Shown here piece by piece: positions 1-12,117 of a DNA stretch of 51,045 nucleotides. Position 1 is the stretch's first letter; each line of letters opens with the position of its first letter. This DNA comes from Macrostomum lignano (lineage: Eukaryota). The position numbers and the translations under genes are program-made. Below the pieces are notes generated by a model. It worked only from the letters and a program-made list of their open reading frames with translations, was not told the DNA's origin and did no database searches. Location of the stretch: assembly GCA_002269645.1 (NCBI GenBank), contig NIVC01003370.1:1-51045 (forward strand), given 5' to 3'.

Positions 1-190
1 CGGTTCCTCCGGGTCACCAGACGAGCCTCTGTCCTCCCACCGAGGACTGCGCTGCAGGCAGGTTCGGCAGACCTCCCTGACTGGCCCAGCGCCCTAGCCT
101 ATGCGGGTTTCTCAGGGATTAGCGGAATGAGCGACGCTCGCCTCCCCGCTGCGTCTTTGGGCCACCCGGTTAGTCAGGTAAGTCAAGCAA
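1..190 (+). mobile_element. Possible decayed 3' end of a non-LTR retrotransposon
   Basis: GC-rich segment ending in GTCAGGTAAGTCAAG, similar to GTCAAGTAAGTCAAG near the 3' end of the LINE remnant (~30060). No diagnostic protein motif is visible. Confidence 0.25.
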
Positions 191-706
191 TCTTGAATTT
201 CTACATTAAGAATGCTCTTTTCGGTCGAGGAAACCAGGAACTCAATCCTCCAGTATATATTAAGTACATATATATTTTATTAAAAAGATAAAAATTTAGT
301 TGTTTACCAAGCTGACGTAAATTTAGACTGTCTGTGCTTCATGTCGTAAATATCATTTCATGCTAACAATTTGTCCGAAAAATGAAAAGGTGATGCTAAC
401 TCGTACTTCATTTGTTTAAAATTGCTATCTAGATCAGTATTCAGATAGTAGGCTAGCGGTAAAATGCTTGTGCAACCAAAGACAATATATTATCAGTCAA
501 GTACAAACAGTGGCTTTGAGAATAACTTGTATTGCAGAACACATGTAGAAGTAGACATTTGCTTTTTTAAAATAAAAATGATCGATAGGCACTCAGGGGT
601 TACTGTGACAGCAAGTTCGTACGACAGAGACAGCAAGAATCCACGTCCATAGACGAAGTTGCTTCTTATCAACTGTCTTCTTCTTAAAAAACTCAAATAT
701 TCTGAT

Positions 707-2077
707 ATGAGTATTCTGATATCTTACACACGTCTACGTCAGTTCGTTAGAAAAAATTCTAAATCGAACGTATCGCGTGATTTCAGTAGCGGCGTTAATC
801 AGCCTCGTTCCTCTCGCGTGCTGTCAAAAAAAGAATCCAGACTGTCTCAATGCGTTCTACGACTGCAACGGGTCTGACAAAAGCGACTGCTTTATCTCCA
901 AGTTTCACTCACTGCTGTCAGTGACTGCTCAGAGCCTGATGGTCGATCGCATCAGCATGCGCCTGCACGCCGACGCATTGAAGAAGGACTGGAAAGACAG
1001 ATCGGGCTACTGCTACATCGAGGCCATCGTCAGCTCCGACGGGCGCGTCCTGTTTCTCAGGTTCAAAATCAATTAAGATATTGTTTATTTTTTAAAGGAC
1101 TGTCAGTCGTCATCCATTGCCATCCATCAATTTAAGTCAATGATTTACTCAAATTTTAACTCTTAGATTCAGCAACTCACGATCGCTTCTGACGGGTTTT
1201 GTGAGTGAATTTTATGAATAATTTGTTATCAATCGTGTTTTGGTATTCAGAATTTTTTTACTCGTTTTGTTAGTCAGAAAAAGTCCGCTTCATACTTCTG
1301 CAAAGTTGTGGTAATGACTCGTAGATAATGATTTTGTCATCATGGTTGAACCTTTAGGTCGACAGCGCATCATGGAAAAAACTTCAAAACCTTATCCAAG
1401 TTTATGAGAGCAGGCCGAATGGCATGCAGCTGCTTGTGGATCTAAACGCTAAGCAGCATTGCTCCAATTCGAACTTTTTATCTCCCTCTGTAATTCGGGA
1501 CACAACATATGTATTCGCCCGGCTCATGAACCGATCCGAGGTCAACGAACTGCCAACTACAAGCTCCTACATCAATATGGACTTCTCTGCGTCTGCCGAG
1601 GAGATCAAGCAGGTGCAGAAAAGCAATTCTGTGAATCTGCACGGCAGTAAGTCGCTGGACGTGGCAACAATTTTGCTGAATAAACGCTGGCACCCGCTGA
1701 CCCTGTGGGTGTACCGCTGCCCTGCCCGTCTGGGCTTCGGCGATGTCCAGTGCAACAGCAAAAGTGAGCGCAGTACAGCAACTGTCTTTTTCATTTGTAA
1801 CAGACAAATTTCAAGTTTTCAGTGAGTCGAATCGCAGACAAACCTTATAACCAATGAGTTGACAACACCCGCTTGAATTTCAGTGCACGCCTATTTGTTC
1901 CTGCGGTCCTGGATCAACAACAGCAGGGCGCAAATCCAGAAGGAGGATTTTAAAAACTACGCTGGTTGGAGATACAAGTGTGAGTTTCTGGCAATCATGC
2001 TGGGCTTTCCCATTTTCATTATTCGACGCTTAGTTTCTGCTTTTCCTGCGATTATTTTTTTTCCATCTTCAGCCTGA
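707..2077 (+). CDS. Secreted protein of unknown family, ~281 aa, 6 exons
   Basis: Phase-consistent GT-AG model: 707-737, 787-1060, 1167-1200, 1358-1763, 1884-1979, 2073-2077. N-terminus MSILISYTRLLAALISLVPLACCQ looks like a signal peptide. Exon 1 is the least certain. Confidence 0.65.
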
Positions 2078-2837
2078 GCAGGTCTTTGAGATAAAATATG
2101 AAAGAGGAAAAATATTGTCTCTTAATTTTTGGCCTCTCGGCTCTTTACATGCAAGTTCTGAAAAGATCTAAAGCGCCAGCTGTGCGATCACGTTTCAGTC
2201 CTTAAGGAAGACGTCTATCTAATCACTCTGATGGTTATAGTTCCTCTGTACATCGCCATCCATCTGCACTGCATTATGTGGTTTGGCCTGTCACCTGTTT
2301 CGAGCGGCTTGTAAAAGATCCTTCAAGATGAGATATGACAGCTGACCTGACAGCTTAGTTTAACGTTTCCGTTTACAAGTTTTGCCTGAAATTGCAAAAT
2401 AAACGTTGAAAGTTCTACAAACTCTTGATTCTAAAAATATATCAAACTGTTGGCTTCACGAGCGTAATCTTTGTTGATGCGGGAACGCTCTTTCGCTCTT
2501 TTCCTTGCATAATTTCACGTGGGTAACTTTATCCCCCAACTCGTAACTCGACAGCTCGACAAATTTTAACAAACGACGTGCGAGCTCGAGTGACGTTTTA
2601 CGGTGCCCAACTAAGGCTTTAGTGTCCGATCGGTGTGTGCTCACTGTTTGTAAACACCTACCCTAACACGGCGCCTTTGCCCTGCGCCCTGTCCCCTCCG
2701 TGGCCGGGGTTTTAACTCCTCTGTCTGTGACTACCTGCCCTGACCAGCCTAGTCTGTAAGGGCTGAGGCTGATGCTGCTAATTTACAAACTGGCTGCACA
2801 GCTTTGAGAATTTGCGACCGTCCAAACCAACAACTGT

Positions 2838-4205
2838 ATGGCTCTGTTTAATGGCGGTTGCAAGCGAGAGTTGCAGACCAGACTGGACTAGGCCATGGCT
2901 CTGCTTAATGGCGGTTGCAAGCGAGAGTTGCAGACCAGACTGGACTAGACCATGGCTCTGCTTAATGGCGGTTGCAAGCGAGAGTTGCAGACCAGACTGG
3001 ACTAGGCCATGGCTCTGCTTAATGGCGGTTGGAAGCGAGAGTTGCAGACCAGACTGGACTAGACCATGGCTCTGCTTAATGGCGGTTGGAAGCGAGAGTT
3101 GCAGACCAGACTGGACTAGACCATGGCTCTGCTTAATGGCGGTTGCAAGCGAGAGTTGCAGACCAGACTGGACTAGGCCATGTCTCTGCTTAATGGCGGT
3201 TGGAAGCGAGAGTTGCAGACCAGACTGGACTAGACCATGGCTCTGCTTAATGGCGGTTGCAAGCGAGAGTTGCAGACCAGACTGGACTAGGCCATGGCTC
3301 TGCTTAATGGCGGTTGGAAGCGAGAGTTGCAGACCAGACTGGACTAGACCATGGCTCTGCTTAATGGCGGTTGGAAGCGAGAGTTGCAGACCAGACTGGA
3401 CTAGACCATGGCTCTGCTTAATGGCGGTTGCAAGCGAGAGTTGCAGACCAGACTGGACTAGACCATGGCTCTGCTTAATGGCGGTTGCAAGCGAGAGTTG
3501 CAGACCAGACTGGACTAGGCCATGGCTCTGCTTAATGGCGGTTGCAAGCGAGAGTTGCAGACCAGACTGGACTAGGCCATGGCTCTGCTTAATGGCGGTT
3601 GCAAGCGAGAGTTGCAGACCAGACTGGACTAGGCCATGGCTCTGCTTAATGGCGGTTGGAAGCGAGAGTTGCAGACCAGACTGGACTAGACCATGGCTCT
3701 GCTTAATGGCGGTTGCAAGCGAGAGTTGCAGACCAGACTGGACTAGACCATGGCTCTGCTTAATGGCGGTTGGAAGCGAGAGTTGCAGACCAGACTGGAC
3801 TAGACCATGGCTCTGCTTAATGGCGGTTGGAAGCGAGAGTTGCAGACCAGACTGGACTAGACCATGGCTCTGCTTAATGGCGGTTGCAAGCGAGAGTTGC
3901 AGACCAGACTGGACTAGACCATGGCTCTGCTTAATGGCGGTTGCAAGCGAGAGTTGCAGACCAGACTGGACTAGGCCATGGCTCTGCTTAATGGCGGTTG
4001 CAAGCGAGAGTTGCAGACCAGACTGGACTAGGCCATGGCTCTGCTTAATGGCGGTTGCAAGCGAGAGTTGCAGACCAGACTGGACTAGGCCATGGCTCTG
4101 CTTAATGGCGGTTGCAAGCGAGAGTTGCAGACCAGACTGGACTAGACCATGGCTCTGCTTAATGGCGGTTGGAAGCGAGAGTTGCAGACCAGACTGGACT
4201 AGACC
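2838..4205. repeat. 57-bp minisatellite, 24 copies
   Basis: Unit ATGGCTCTGCTTAATGGCGGTTG(C/G)AAGCGAGAGTTGCAGACCAGACTGGACTAG(A/G)CC; 1368 bp = 24 x 57. Confidence 0.97.
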
Positions 4206-4945
4206 AATTTGTCACAAAACCAAGCCAACAGTCACAACACGCTTGTCAGAGTGATGAAGGCAGCACAGCAGCAGCATGGAGCACCATGAAGGGAATCCAA
4301 ACGGCACCAGCGCCTCTCCTGCAGGGCACCAACCACTTTGACCAGAGGATCGCCCGAGAAGAGACAAACTGCTCCGGCTGAGGACTCTTCAATGCCAGAC
4401 TGCGGAGATCGACCTCTTTGGAATGCTTCGAGTCATCGTGCCTTTTCTACTCTGACCCTCTTTCTTCACAATCCTTTGTGTCCACCTTTGTCCGTCTAGG
4501 GGTGAGGTGTTCCGGCTGCTTTAACAATGCGCATCCGCGTCTGTATAAAGGGTTTCCTCTTTCCTGTCAAGTTGTGCTTGGTTATTAGGGTGTTAGATTA
4601 CCCAATTTTTTGGGCCTTCAGACTCATGTTAATCATAAGGGTTTTCATAGCATTCATAGTTGAGCAAACATCCTGTTTTGCTTAAAAGTGCCTTGGCGTA
4701 ACGAAAGATCACTTCTAAAAAAGCTAAGAGCGCATACTTAAAAGAGCGTTTACGGCTCGTATTCTATGGTCACATTGCAGCTTTTGTCTCTGCTGAAGTC
4801 ACAGCAGCAAAGAGCAAGGCTACATCTTTTTAGAAATGGCTCTATTCCAGCAATGCAGAATCCAGCTGTAAATAATAGCATCTGCAGTTTTATAAAATCC
4901 CCACAAGAAAGTTTTTGCTTTGGGCAAAGCTCTGCTGCTTGAAGC

Positions 4946-6490
4946 ATGGCGTCGCAGTGGCAGCAGCTGCTTGGGCTGCTCGCCACTGTCTCCGACTGTC
5001 GAGCACTGCTAAGCAGCTCCCTTAAAACTTCCAGCCAGAAAGGCGGCAAATGCTGCAACTGCTGGCTCACGGAACCTGCCTGTGCTCTCGTGCGGGCCCG
5101 GAAACTCTCCCGGCTAACAGACATGCAGCTGGAGGCCCTGACTGCTATCCAGAGCTTCTGTCTGCTCTGTAGGCGACATCGGAGCCACAACGCCAGCAAC
5201 GCTGGAGCAGTCGTGATGACACCCACCTGGACTGAGCGAGATCGTCAGTGTCTTCACGGCAAAAATCACCGACCGCCGCACCAACGGCTTGGCATGTTTC
5301 GCTCGGCCATAATCCGCCAGCTCTGGGAGATTCACCGACTTCTGCTAGCCCTCATCGATATGGACAAGGCTCAGGAAGACCGGTCCGCTAAGCCAGACTG
5401 TGCTCGCAAATCCAGTAGGTCTCGCTCCTTGAGCGCCATCGAGATGCAGTTGGATACAACTAGCAGCGAAGTGCGCTGCTGCGGTGACAGCCGGCGAACG
5501 GGCTTCGGAGAGCAGAGGTTTCTGTCGATCCCGCTGCATCAAGAGTGCCACAACCTGCAGACGCCACCCGGCAGTCCGACGACGACATTCGAGACGAGGC
5601 CGCACCAAAAACTAAACGCAACGTCTATGCGCAGTAACTCGATGTCGGAGTGGAGTTTTGCATGTGCAGCTGCGGCTGACAGGCAGGTGTGCTTCGCGTC
5701 CACTGTCTGTGTTGGCAAAGTCGGGAGTGCGCGAAAGGCTTTAGCAGTAAAATCAGCTGTTGAGTCAGCAAAACCTGCGACGAAAGCTCCGTCCAAAGCC
5801 AACACGGCTGCCAAAGCTTCTGGGAACGAACAGCCGCTGATTGGCGTCGACCTAATATTATTGAAGAAGAACTATCAGCAGTTCGTCGAGCAGAACGTCA
5901 ACAGCATGTCGTCTCCGTTCAGCAGAAGCGACAGCAGCGCGACTATCGACAGTGATGTCCCGGAACTGAGCAGCAACTCAGAGAAGAAAAACAAAGCGAG
6001 TAAGATCAGAGAGGACATCGTGTTTCAGAGAGTGCTCTGTACCGAAGATCGGTCTCAAGCGCGGAAGGTTGGCAGCTCGAACGCCGCTCTGTTGACAACT
6101 CTCAGCAGCTTGAAGAGCCGCATCGATGCCATCAAGAAGAACCTGTCGGAGCGAGATTGCGACGGCTGCAGCAGCTTCAGCGCCGACCACAACGGGGGCG
6201 AAAGCGCAAGCCGCAGAAAGTCTCGATCGGACCGTTCAGACCGAGGCCGAAGGCCGACCTCGCAGCCGGTGCCGGCGAAGCCAGAAGCCACTCGGGGCCC
6301 GGCGCGCAACCAGAGTAATCTGAACTTGAAGCTCGAAGCTCAACCAACGCAATGGCAGCTGCGGTCTATTGCGGCCAGGCTGGACCGCACCGTGAGCCAG
6401 CTGGGCAGCATGCTTGGCTCGGCCATGTGGCTATGCCGCAGGCGAAGTCCCGGAGCTCCAACCCTGAGGAGGCGTTCACGCCGGAAGTGA
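4946..6490 (+). CDS. Hypothetical 514-aa protein, S/R-rich with a possible coiled-coil segment
   Basis: Long non-repetitive ORF in GC-rich sequence between AT-rich flanks; amphipathic stretch LLTTLSSLKSRIDAIKKNL. No family recognised; true start and splicing uncertain. Confidence 0.5.
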   Translation: MASQWQQLLGLLATVSDCRALLSSSLKTSSQKGGKCCNCWLTEPACALVRARKLSRLTDMQLEALTAIQSFCLLCRRHRSHNASNAGAVVMTPTWTERDRQCLHGKNHRPPHQRLGMFRSAIIRQLWEIHRLLLALIDMDKAQEDRSAKPDCARKSSRSRSLSAIEMQLDTTSSEVRCCGDSRRTGFGEQRFLSIPLHQECHNLQTPPGSPTTTFETRPHQKLNATSMRSNSMSEWSFACAAAADRQVCFASTVCVGKVGSARKALAVKSAVESAKPATKAPSKANTAAKASGNEQPLIGVDLILLKKNYQQFVEQNVNSMSSPFSRSDSSATIDSDVPELSSNSEKKNKASKIREDIVFQRVLCTEDRSQARKVGSSNAALLTTLSSLKSRIDAIKKNLSERDCDGCSSFSADHNGGESASRRKSRSDRSDRGRRPTSQPVPAKPEATRGPARNQSNLNLKLEAQPTQWQLRSIAARLDRTVSQLGSMLGSAMWLCRRRSPGAPTLRRRSRRK

Positions 6491-7797
6491 TTAGAATGCT
6501 TTGCCTTATTGCGTGAACTATGTTACTTAATTTTAGTTAAAAAATTCAGTAAAAGTATTTCAGTGCAATAAGTTACCTGAATTTGTACGAGCTATTTATC
6601 CCCTCGAACGGATAAATGATATTACAATCTTGAACGAAAACAGTAAATGCAGACGTTACATTTAAATGTGCGTTTTGCTGTGTAAATGCTCGCGCACTGT
6701 AGAGCTCGTAGTTGAAAGCTTATTATTACTCTACAGTAAATACATGTAAGCACTACTGACAGTAATCTTGCCCTGTTCAAAACGCTCGATCCGAACACTA
6801 GAGTGCGAAGTTTGCGAAATTTCTTCTTATTTATCGTGGGTGAAGGTTAGGATGTCTTCCGCATGCTTTCTATGGCTTGACAGCAGCAACAAAAGCATGC
6901 CGTCAGTCACCTCTGACGAGCAGCATTGCGTCGTCATCAGCAACAGCCGGCAGGTCATCGACAAAACGATAAAGTCCTCTATTGTCCTCGCCGTTAGGGA
7001 GCGTGCAGCGTCAGCAGCAGCCCCCCCCCGTGCACCCAACCTTGACAGGACACACAAAGCTTGCTTTGAGAGCTTAGTAAAACTCCACAGCTTTCACGAA
7101 TTCGCTCCATTGTTCTGCTAGAGAGACAGTTTAGCAAATATTGATTCATATTCAGCTACACAATCCAGTCAGTCAACCGTGTTTGGCTTCCAGGGTTTAT
7201 TCCGTCAAAATTTTGATACTAAGGATGTCAAAGCAGCTCATGGTTAAAATTTTCTGACTATTGCGCCACGGTTGAATTCGTGCACTCCCGCATTCATTTG
7301 GAGCTTGCGCAATCAACGTCCTTGAAGGCCAACCCCCAATGCACAGTGAAGTTTACATCCCTAAGGATAAATCAAGTTAGCGCCACTCCTGTGTCAGTGC
7401 GTGCCTGTGCGTATTTCTGCGAGCTCTGTTTGTGTTAGGGGGACAATGTCTCCGAAGGCGTTCCGCCGGGGTGCTCGCAGTCCTTTTGCTTCTGGATGTT
7501 TGTGTTTCGACTATTGAAAAAAGAAATTCATAACTCGTACGATTTCCAATCCAGAAGCGCTGTTCCTTAAAACTTTTCGTCGGTGCCTTGTATTTGTTAA
7601 TAAGTAAAAGTATGCATTCTAATAAAGCATTATGCTGTTATAAATATGTATAAATATTTAATAATTAAGATCAATAGCGATAGAAATAGGCAGCGTATTT
7701 CAGTTCAGTACGAGTTCTTGACTTTTTAAAAGAATGTTCTTGCAGCTGTTGTTGCCGCCCCATCACAGGCATGGGCGGTCGCGGCGGCTGGCAGAGC

Positions 7798-9236
7798 TCA
7801 GCACAGAGTCTCGAGCTGCTGCACTTCCGTGAGGTTCAGCGCGGCGGCCGCGATGCCGTAGCAGTGCAAGGTGCCTTTGAATGGCGAGAAGCTGCTGTAG
7901 CCGATTTTGAGACCGCCGTCTCCGAACAAGGTGTCCGGGTCAGTGGTGTAAGTGGCTGCCGACGAGTCGCGCGTGCCGTTGTAAAAGAAGGTCGCCATAT
8001 TCGTCTCGGCCAGATCGATGGCCACCGCTGTGCTGTACGTCGCCGGATTGGAAAAGTCCTGCGGCAGAAATTCGCTGCCGGAGGTGAACTCCCGCCTGGT
8101 CAGGTCGCGTTCCAAGAAGACGGCGCGACCGCCGACGCCCCGGCACCATCGTCCTGTGCCGCCGTCCGGGGCTCCGACGCTTCGGTTGAACACCCAGTGG
8201 AAACAGCGGCCCTCGAAGTCGTACGTGGCCGTTACCTTGGCAGTGGGGACAGGGGATCGCGTTAATGGCCTCATTAATTGGGTCAGGACTACTGCATTGA
8301 CTAATACCCAGTAAGAATGCTTTAATACGATAATAATTAAGCAATCGCAAGAGGGCAGCCTGGCGCAATGCTTTCGCCGACATTGTTGCACAACCCTACC
8401 GCGCCAATAGCGCGCCAAAACTGTATACGCACTCGCAAACACGCACACACAAGGGTTTACAGCGGCCGTGACTTTTTAATCGTCAGGCACATAAGCGTTT
8501 AATGAGTGGCCTACCTTGTGCAAATATGATCTTTGGGTTAGCCTTCATGAGACCACGACAACTAAATTTCGTCAGCCCCACATGAACGCACATAGCCGCG
8601 CACATAATCAAACCAGTGGTCGTGGCACGCGAGTCGGATGCGTTTACCACACGGAGCAAATCTGCCCCTAATCCCAAATTCGAACAAGCTTACCTTGATG
8701 AAGAAGCTGAGCTGGTTATGGGGCAAGTAGTGGCCGAGTGCGCCGCCCATCAGGTCGACTTCAAGGTTGGAGTCGAATGAGCCCAGCAGCTCAACTCCCA
8801 GGCGGTTCCTCGCGGCATTGTTGGCGGTCAGGCCGAAGGCGCTCGCGTTGAGCTGGTTGCTCAGGCTAAACCGGAAGTTATAAAAGGCCAGCAGCTTTGG
8901 CGCAACGTTGTCGGGAATCGGCGGAGGCCTGACGAGGCTCCGGCAGCTTCCGGCTTGCCAGAACTGCAGCCAGGCGGCGAGGGTGCCCAGCTGGCAGGTG
9001 GCAGCGGCGGGCGAGTGATAGGCCACCACGCATGCCGGCCACAGCGAGCACTCGACGGCACAGGTGCGCCGATCGGTGGCTCCGGACACAAGGCGGAGGG
9101 TGGCGTCGGTGCCGGCTGACAGAGCCGGGCAGGTGGCTTCCTCAGTGAAGGCGGCTCGGGTGTCAGCCGCTCGAGCGGGAGCCGCAGTCAGTGCGATCGC
9201 GGAAGCCAGCAGAAGGCGGAGATGCGGCAGAGGCAT
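7798..9236 (-). CDS. Secreted PAN/Apple-domain + LamG/concanavalin-like protein, ~326 aa, 2 exons
   Basis: Exon 1 9236-8694 (AAG|gtaagc), exon 2 8235-7798, both phase 0. Signal peptide MPLPHLRLLLASAIALTAAPARA; PAN-like CAVECSLWPACVVAYHSPAAATCQL; LamG-like C-terminus (FFYNG..., LKIGYSSFSPFKGTLHCYGIAAAALNLTEVQQL). Confidence 0.75.
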
Positions 9237-9320
9237 GGCGGGATTTTTGTCTAGCTAGATAGTTATCAAGCCCAGCCGCTTTTGTCGGGGGTTTTTAGCC
9301 TGATTAAGCGGTAGTGTTTT

Positions 9321-9334
9321 GTTGCTATGGCAAC
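9321..9334. promoter_or_regulatory. RFX X-box
   Basis: GTTGCTATGGCAAC matches the canonical X-box (GTTGCY-AT-GGCAAC), 85 bp upstream of the ATG at 9236. Confidence 0.6.
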
Positions 9335-9714
9335 CGATAGGGCGAGTGGAGTGAGGCGGTTGGGCGCTGCTGCCAGACCCAGCGAGACACGGTTGGATGA
9401 GGTACGAGTCAAGCACAGGCGAAACAGCAGCAGCGCGCAGCCGGGCCAAAATGCAGTGAGGTGGAAAGTCAGGCTTCGCTGGGGAATCAGAAAACGGGGA
9501 CTTCTATAGAATATGGACTAGAACTCAACGCCGATATCAAAAGTTGCAATATTTGAAATTTACCCAATTTTCACATAGAATAGCAGAGGACTACTCTCGT
9601 GTTAGGTAAGAAATTACCCTTCTATCGATGCTTATTTTCCAGTCCACATATTTTAGAAGTCCGTGTAACTGAGGCTTATACTCACATACGAATGTACTCA
9701 GAATATAGGGGATA

Positions 9715-9720
<6 letters not shown>

Positions 9721-9776
<56 letters not shown>
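9721..9776. repeat. (AG)28 microsatellite
   Basis: Perfect AG run. Confidence 0.98.
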
Positions 9777-9778
<2 letters not shown>

Positions 9779-10359
9779 GGGGGAGTTTCCGTGCGCTGCC
9801 GTGTATGGAACTGAAAATGAAATATTTTTGCCTGCAAAAGCAAAAACACCACTTGCTACCTTGGAAGCTGGGACTGAGAACTAAGAGGCAGCCAGCAGAT
9901 TTGCTTTCAGAGACTGTTCCAGCTTTTCCAGCTGCTGAAAAACCAATTATTTCTGCCAAAGCTGAGTTGAGTTTTTCCCAAACTGGACAACAATGAGCCG
10001 TGGAATGAGGGAGGCTGTAGCGCTCTTTAATAATTAATTGGCATTAGTCGCTTGGCTGTTATTGATTGGGCTGGGCGATGCCAATTTGTTTAATTGATTG
10101 GCTCTGTCTCTCGCCTTGGGATATTTTTTATTATTTACCTGGAGCGCAATAAATATAGAAAAAAACTTATAATTACTCAAAACCGAGGCAACGCCGAAAC
10201 TGTCTTACGAGAGAAGGCATGTTTTCGAACCCCATCATCAACCTCCAACCTCAGGACACAAGGGACACACTGTCTTCAGATATTCGAGAACGAAACTTTA
10301 AATCACAAGGACACACAACCTCAAGACACACGGACAGATGATAAGCATAAGACGCCCTT

Positions 10360-10728
10360 GGCACAACCTCACGACGTCCTGGCACACAACCTCACGACGT
10401 CCTGGCACACAACATCACGACGTCCTGGCACACAACCTCACGACGTCCTGGCACACAACCTCACGACGTCCTGGCACACAACCTCACGACGTCCTGGCAC
10501 ACAACCTCACGACGTCCTGGCACACAACCTCAAGAAGTCCTGGCACAACCTCAGGACGTCCTGGCACACAACCTCACGACGTCCTGGCACACAACCTCAC
10601 GACGTCCTGGCACACAACCTCAAGAAGTCCTGGCACACAACCTCACGACGTCCTGGCACACAACCTCACGACGTCCTGGCACACAACCTCAAGAAGTCCT
10701 GGCACACAACCTCAAGAAGTCTTGGCAC
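10360..10728. repeat. 23-bp minisatellite, ~16 copies
   Basis: Unit GGCACACAACCTCACGACGTCCT, with variant ...CTCAAGAAGTCCT. Confidence 0.95.
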
Positions 10729-10915
10729 GCAGACTTAAGGCTGTGAAGGAACGGCGTTTATTGATTCATAATTTTGGAACACGTCTGAGTTTTTTGCTCT
10801 TACCCAGGGCACCCGTCCGTCCTGCCGAGAATCCTCTATGGCAAAGTGCCAAAAACGGTCTATACGCCAACACCTATAGAATATCCCTCAGCTCTGGGGC
10901 AGAATTCTCATCAGC

Positions 10916-11161
10916 ATGGAAATGTGCAGAATTCTGGCATATCTGTTTATCATTGGCAGCCTGGTCTCTTCCGTTGACCAGCAGAAGCAGCAGCAAGAAA
11001 AGTCAAAGCAGCCCAGCAGGCTGACCTTCTCCTGCATCTACACGCAGGTCTGCAGGCCGACAATGGAGGACTGCGAGACCGCATGCCCTGACGGTTGGAG
11101 CCAGCCCTGCCATCTGGAGCCGGCCAGCAAAAAGTATTGCTGCACCGGCTGCTTCTGGTGA
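10916..11161 (+). CDS. Small secreted 8-Cys peptide precursor (defensin/toxin-like), 81 aa
   Basis: Hydrophobic N-terminus MCRILAYLFIIGSLVSS, Q/K-rich propiece, then C-x5-C-x6-C-x3-C-x7-C-x9-CC-x2-C. AT-rich 3' flank with AATAAA near 11308. Confidence 0.7.
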   Translation: MEMCRILAYLFIIGSLVSSVDQQKQQQEKSKQPSRLTFSCIYTQVCRPTMEDCETACPDGWSQPCHLEPASKKYCCTGCFW

Positions 11162-11340
11162 CCCAAGCAGTGTTCATTTACTATTTTATTTGTGTAAGCT
11201 GTGTTATGGTACAAATACAATACAAATCAAACACCGTAGCGTTGTGTGCTTATCCTCTGTATCGATTCTACACTGAATGAAAGCAGTGCTTGCGTTATGA
11301 TATGACAGCTAATAAATCATTTGGGACAATAGGACTTTCT

Positions 11341-11787
11341 ACTCCCTGTTCATACAGTCTACTCCATTCACATACAGTCTACTCCATTCACATCCAGTCT
11401 ACTCCATTCACATCCAGTCTACTCCATTCACATCCAGTCTACTCCATTCACATTCAGTCTACTCCATTCACATACAGTCTACTCCATTCACATCCAGTCT
11501 ACTCCATTCACATCCAGTCTACTCCATTCACATCCAGTCTACTCCATTCACATCCAGTCTACTCCATTCACATCCAGTCTACTCCATTCACATCCAGTCT
11601 ACTCCATTCACATCCAGTCTACTCCATTCACATCCAGTCTACTCCATTCACATCCAGTCTACTCCATTCACATCCAGCCTAATCCATTCACATCCAGTCT
11701 ACTCCATTCACATCCAGTCTACTCCATTCACATCCAGTCTACTCCATTCACATCCAGTCTACTCCATTCACATCCAGTCTACTCCAT
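11341..11787. repeat. 20-bp minisatellite, ~22 copies
   Basis: Unit CATCCAGTCTACTCCATTCA; degenerate copies continue to ~11885. Confidence 0.96.
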
Positions 11788-12117
11788 GAAAATCTATTCT
11801 GCTCCCTTCTCATCCATTCTGATCTCTTCTCATCCATTCTACTGCCTTCTCGTCCATTCGAATCCTTTCTCATCCAGTCTACTCCCTTCCTTGAATTATA
11901 GTCACAAAAGCGCTGCAGACTACTGGAGTGCAGAGTAGGATGGTTCGTCTCCAGAATTAGCTTTCTGTGTCTTCCTTGGTTGTTTTAATGATGAAAAAAG
12001 CTTCGCATGCTCTCTGTTAGGCAGATTAATTAATGAAGCCATAAAAAGTCCCTTCGTCAAACTTCATGCATATTAGAACTTTGATAATGAGTGAGTTTAG
12101 CAATCCTCAGTACAAAT

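Noticed and set aside
2838-4205. CRISPR-like array (also considered for the other arrays)
   Set aside because: Units are contiguous with no unique spacers, there are no cas genes, and the context is eukaryotic.
2812-4254. 480-aa ORF (WLCLMAVASESCRPDWTRP)n
   Set aside because: Open only because the 57-bp unit is 3n and stop-free; TTG start, no signal peptide or unique domain.
6768-7121. Short ORFs on both strands
   Set aside because: No convincing start, splice context or motif.
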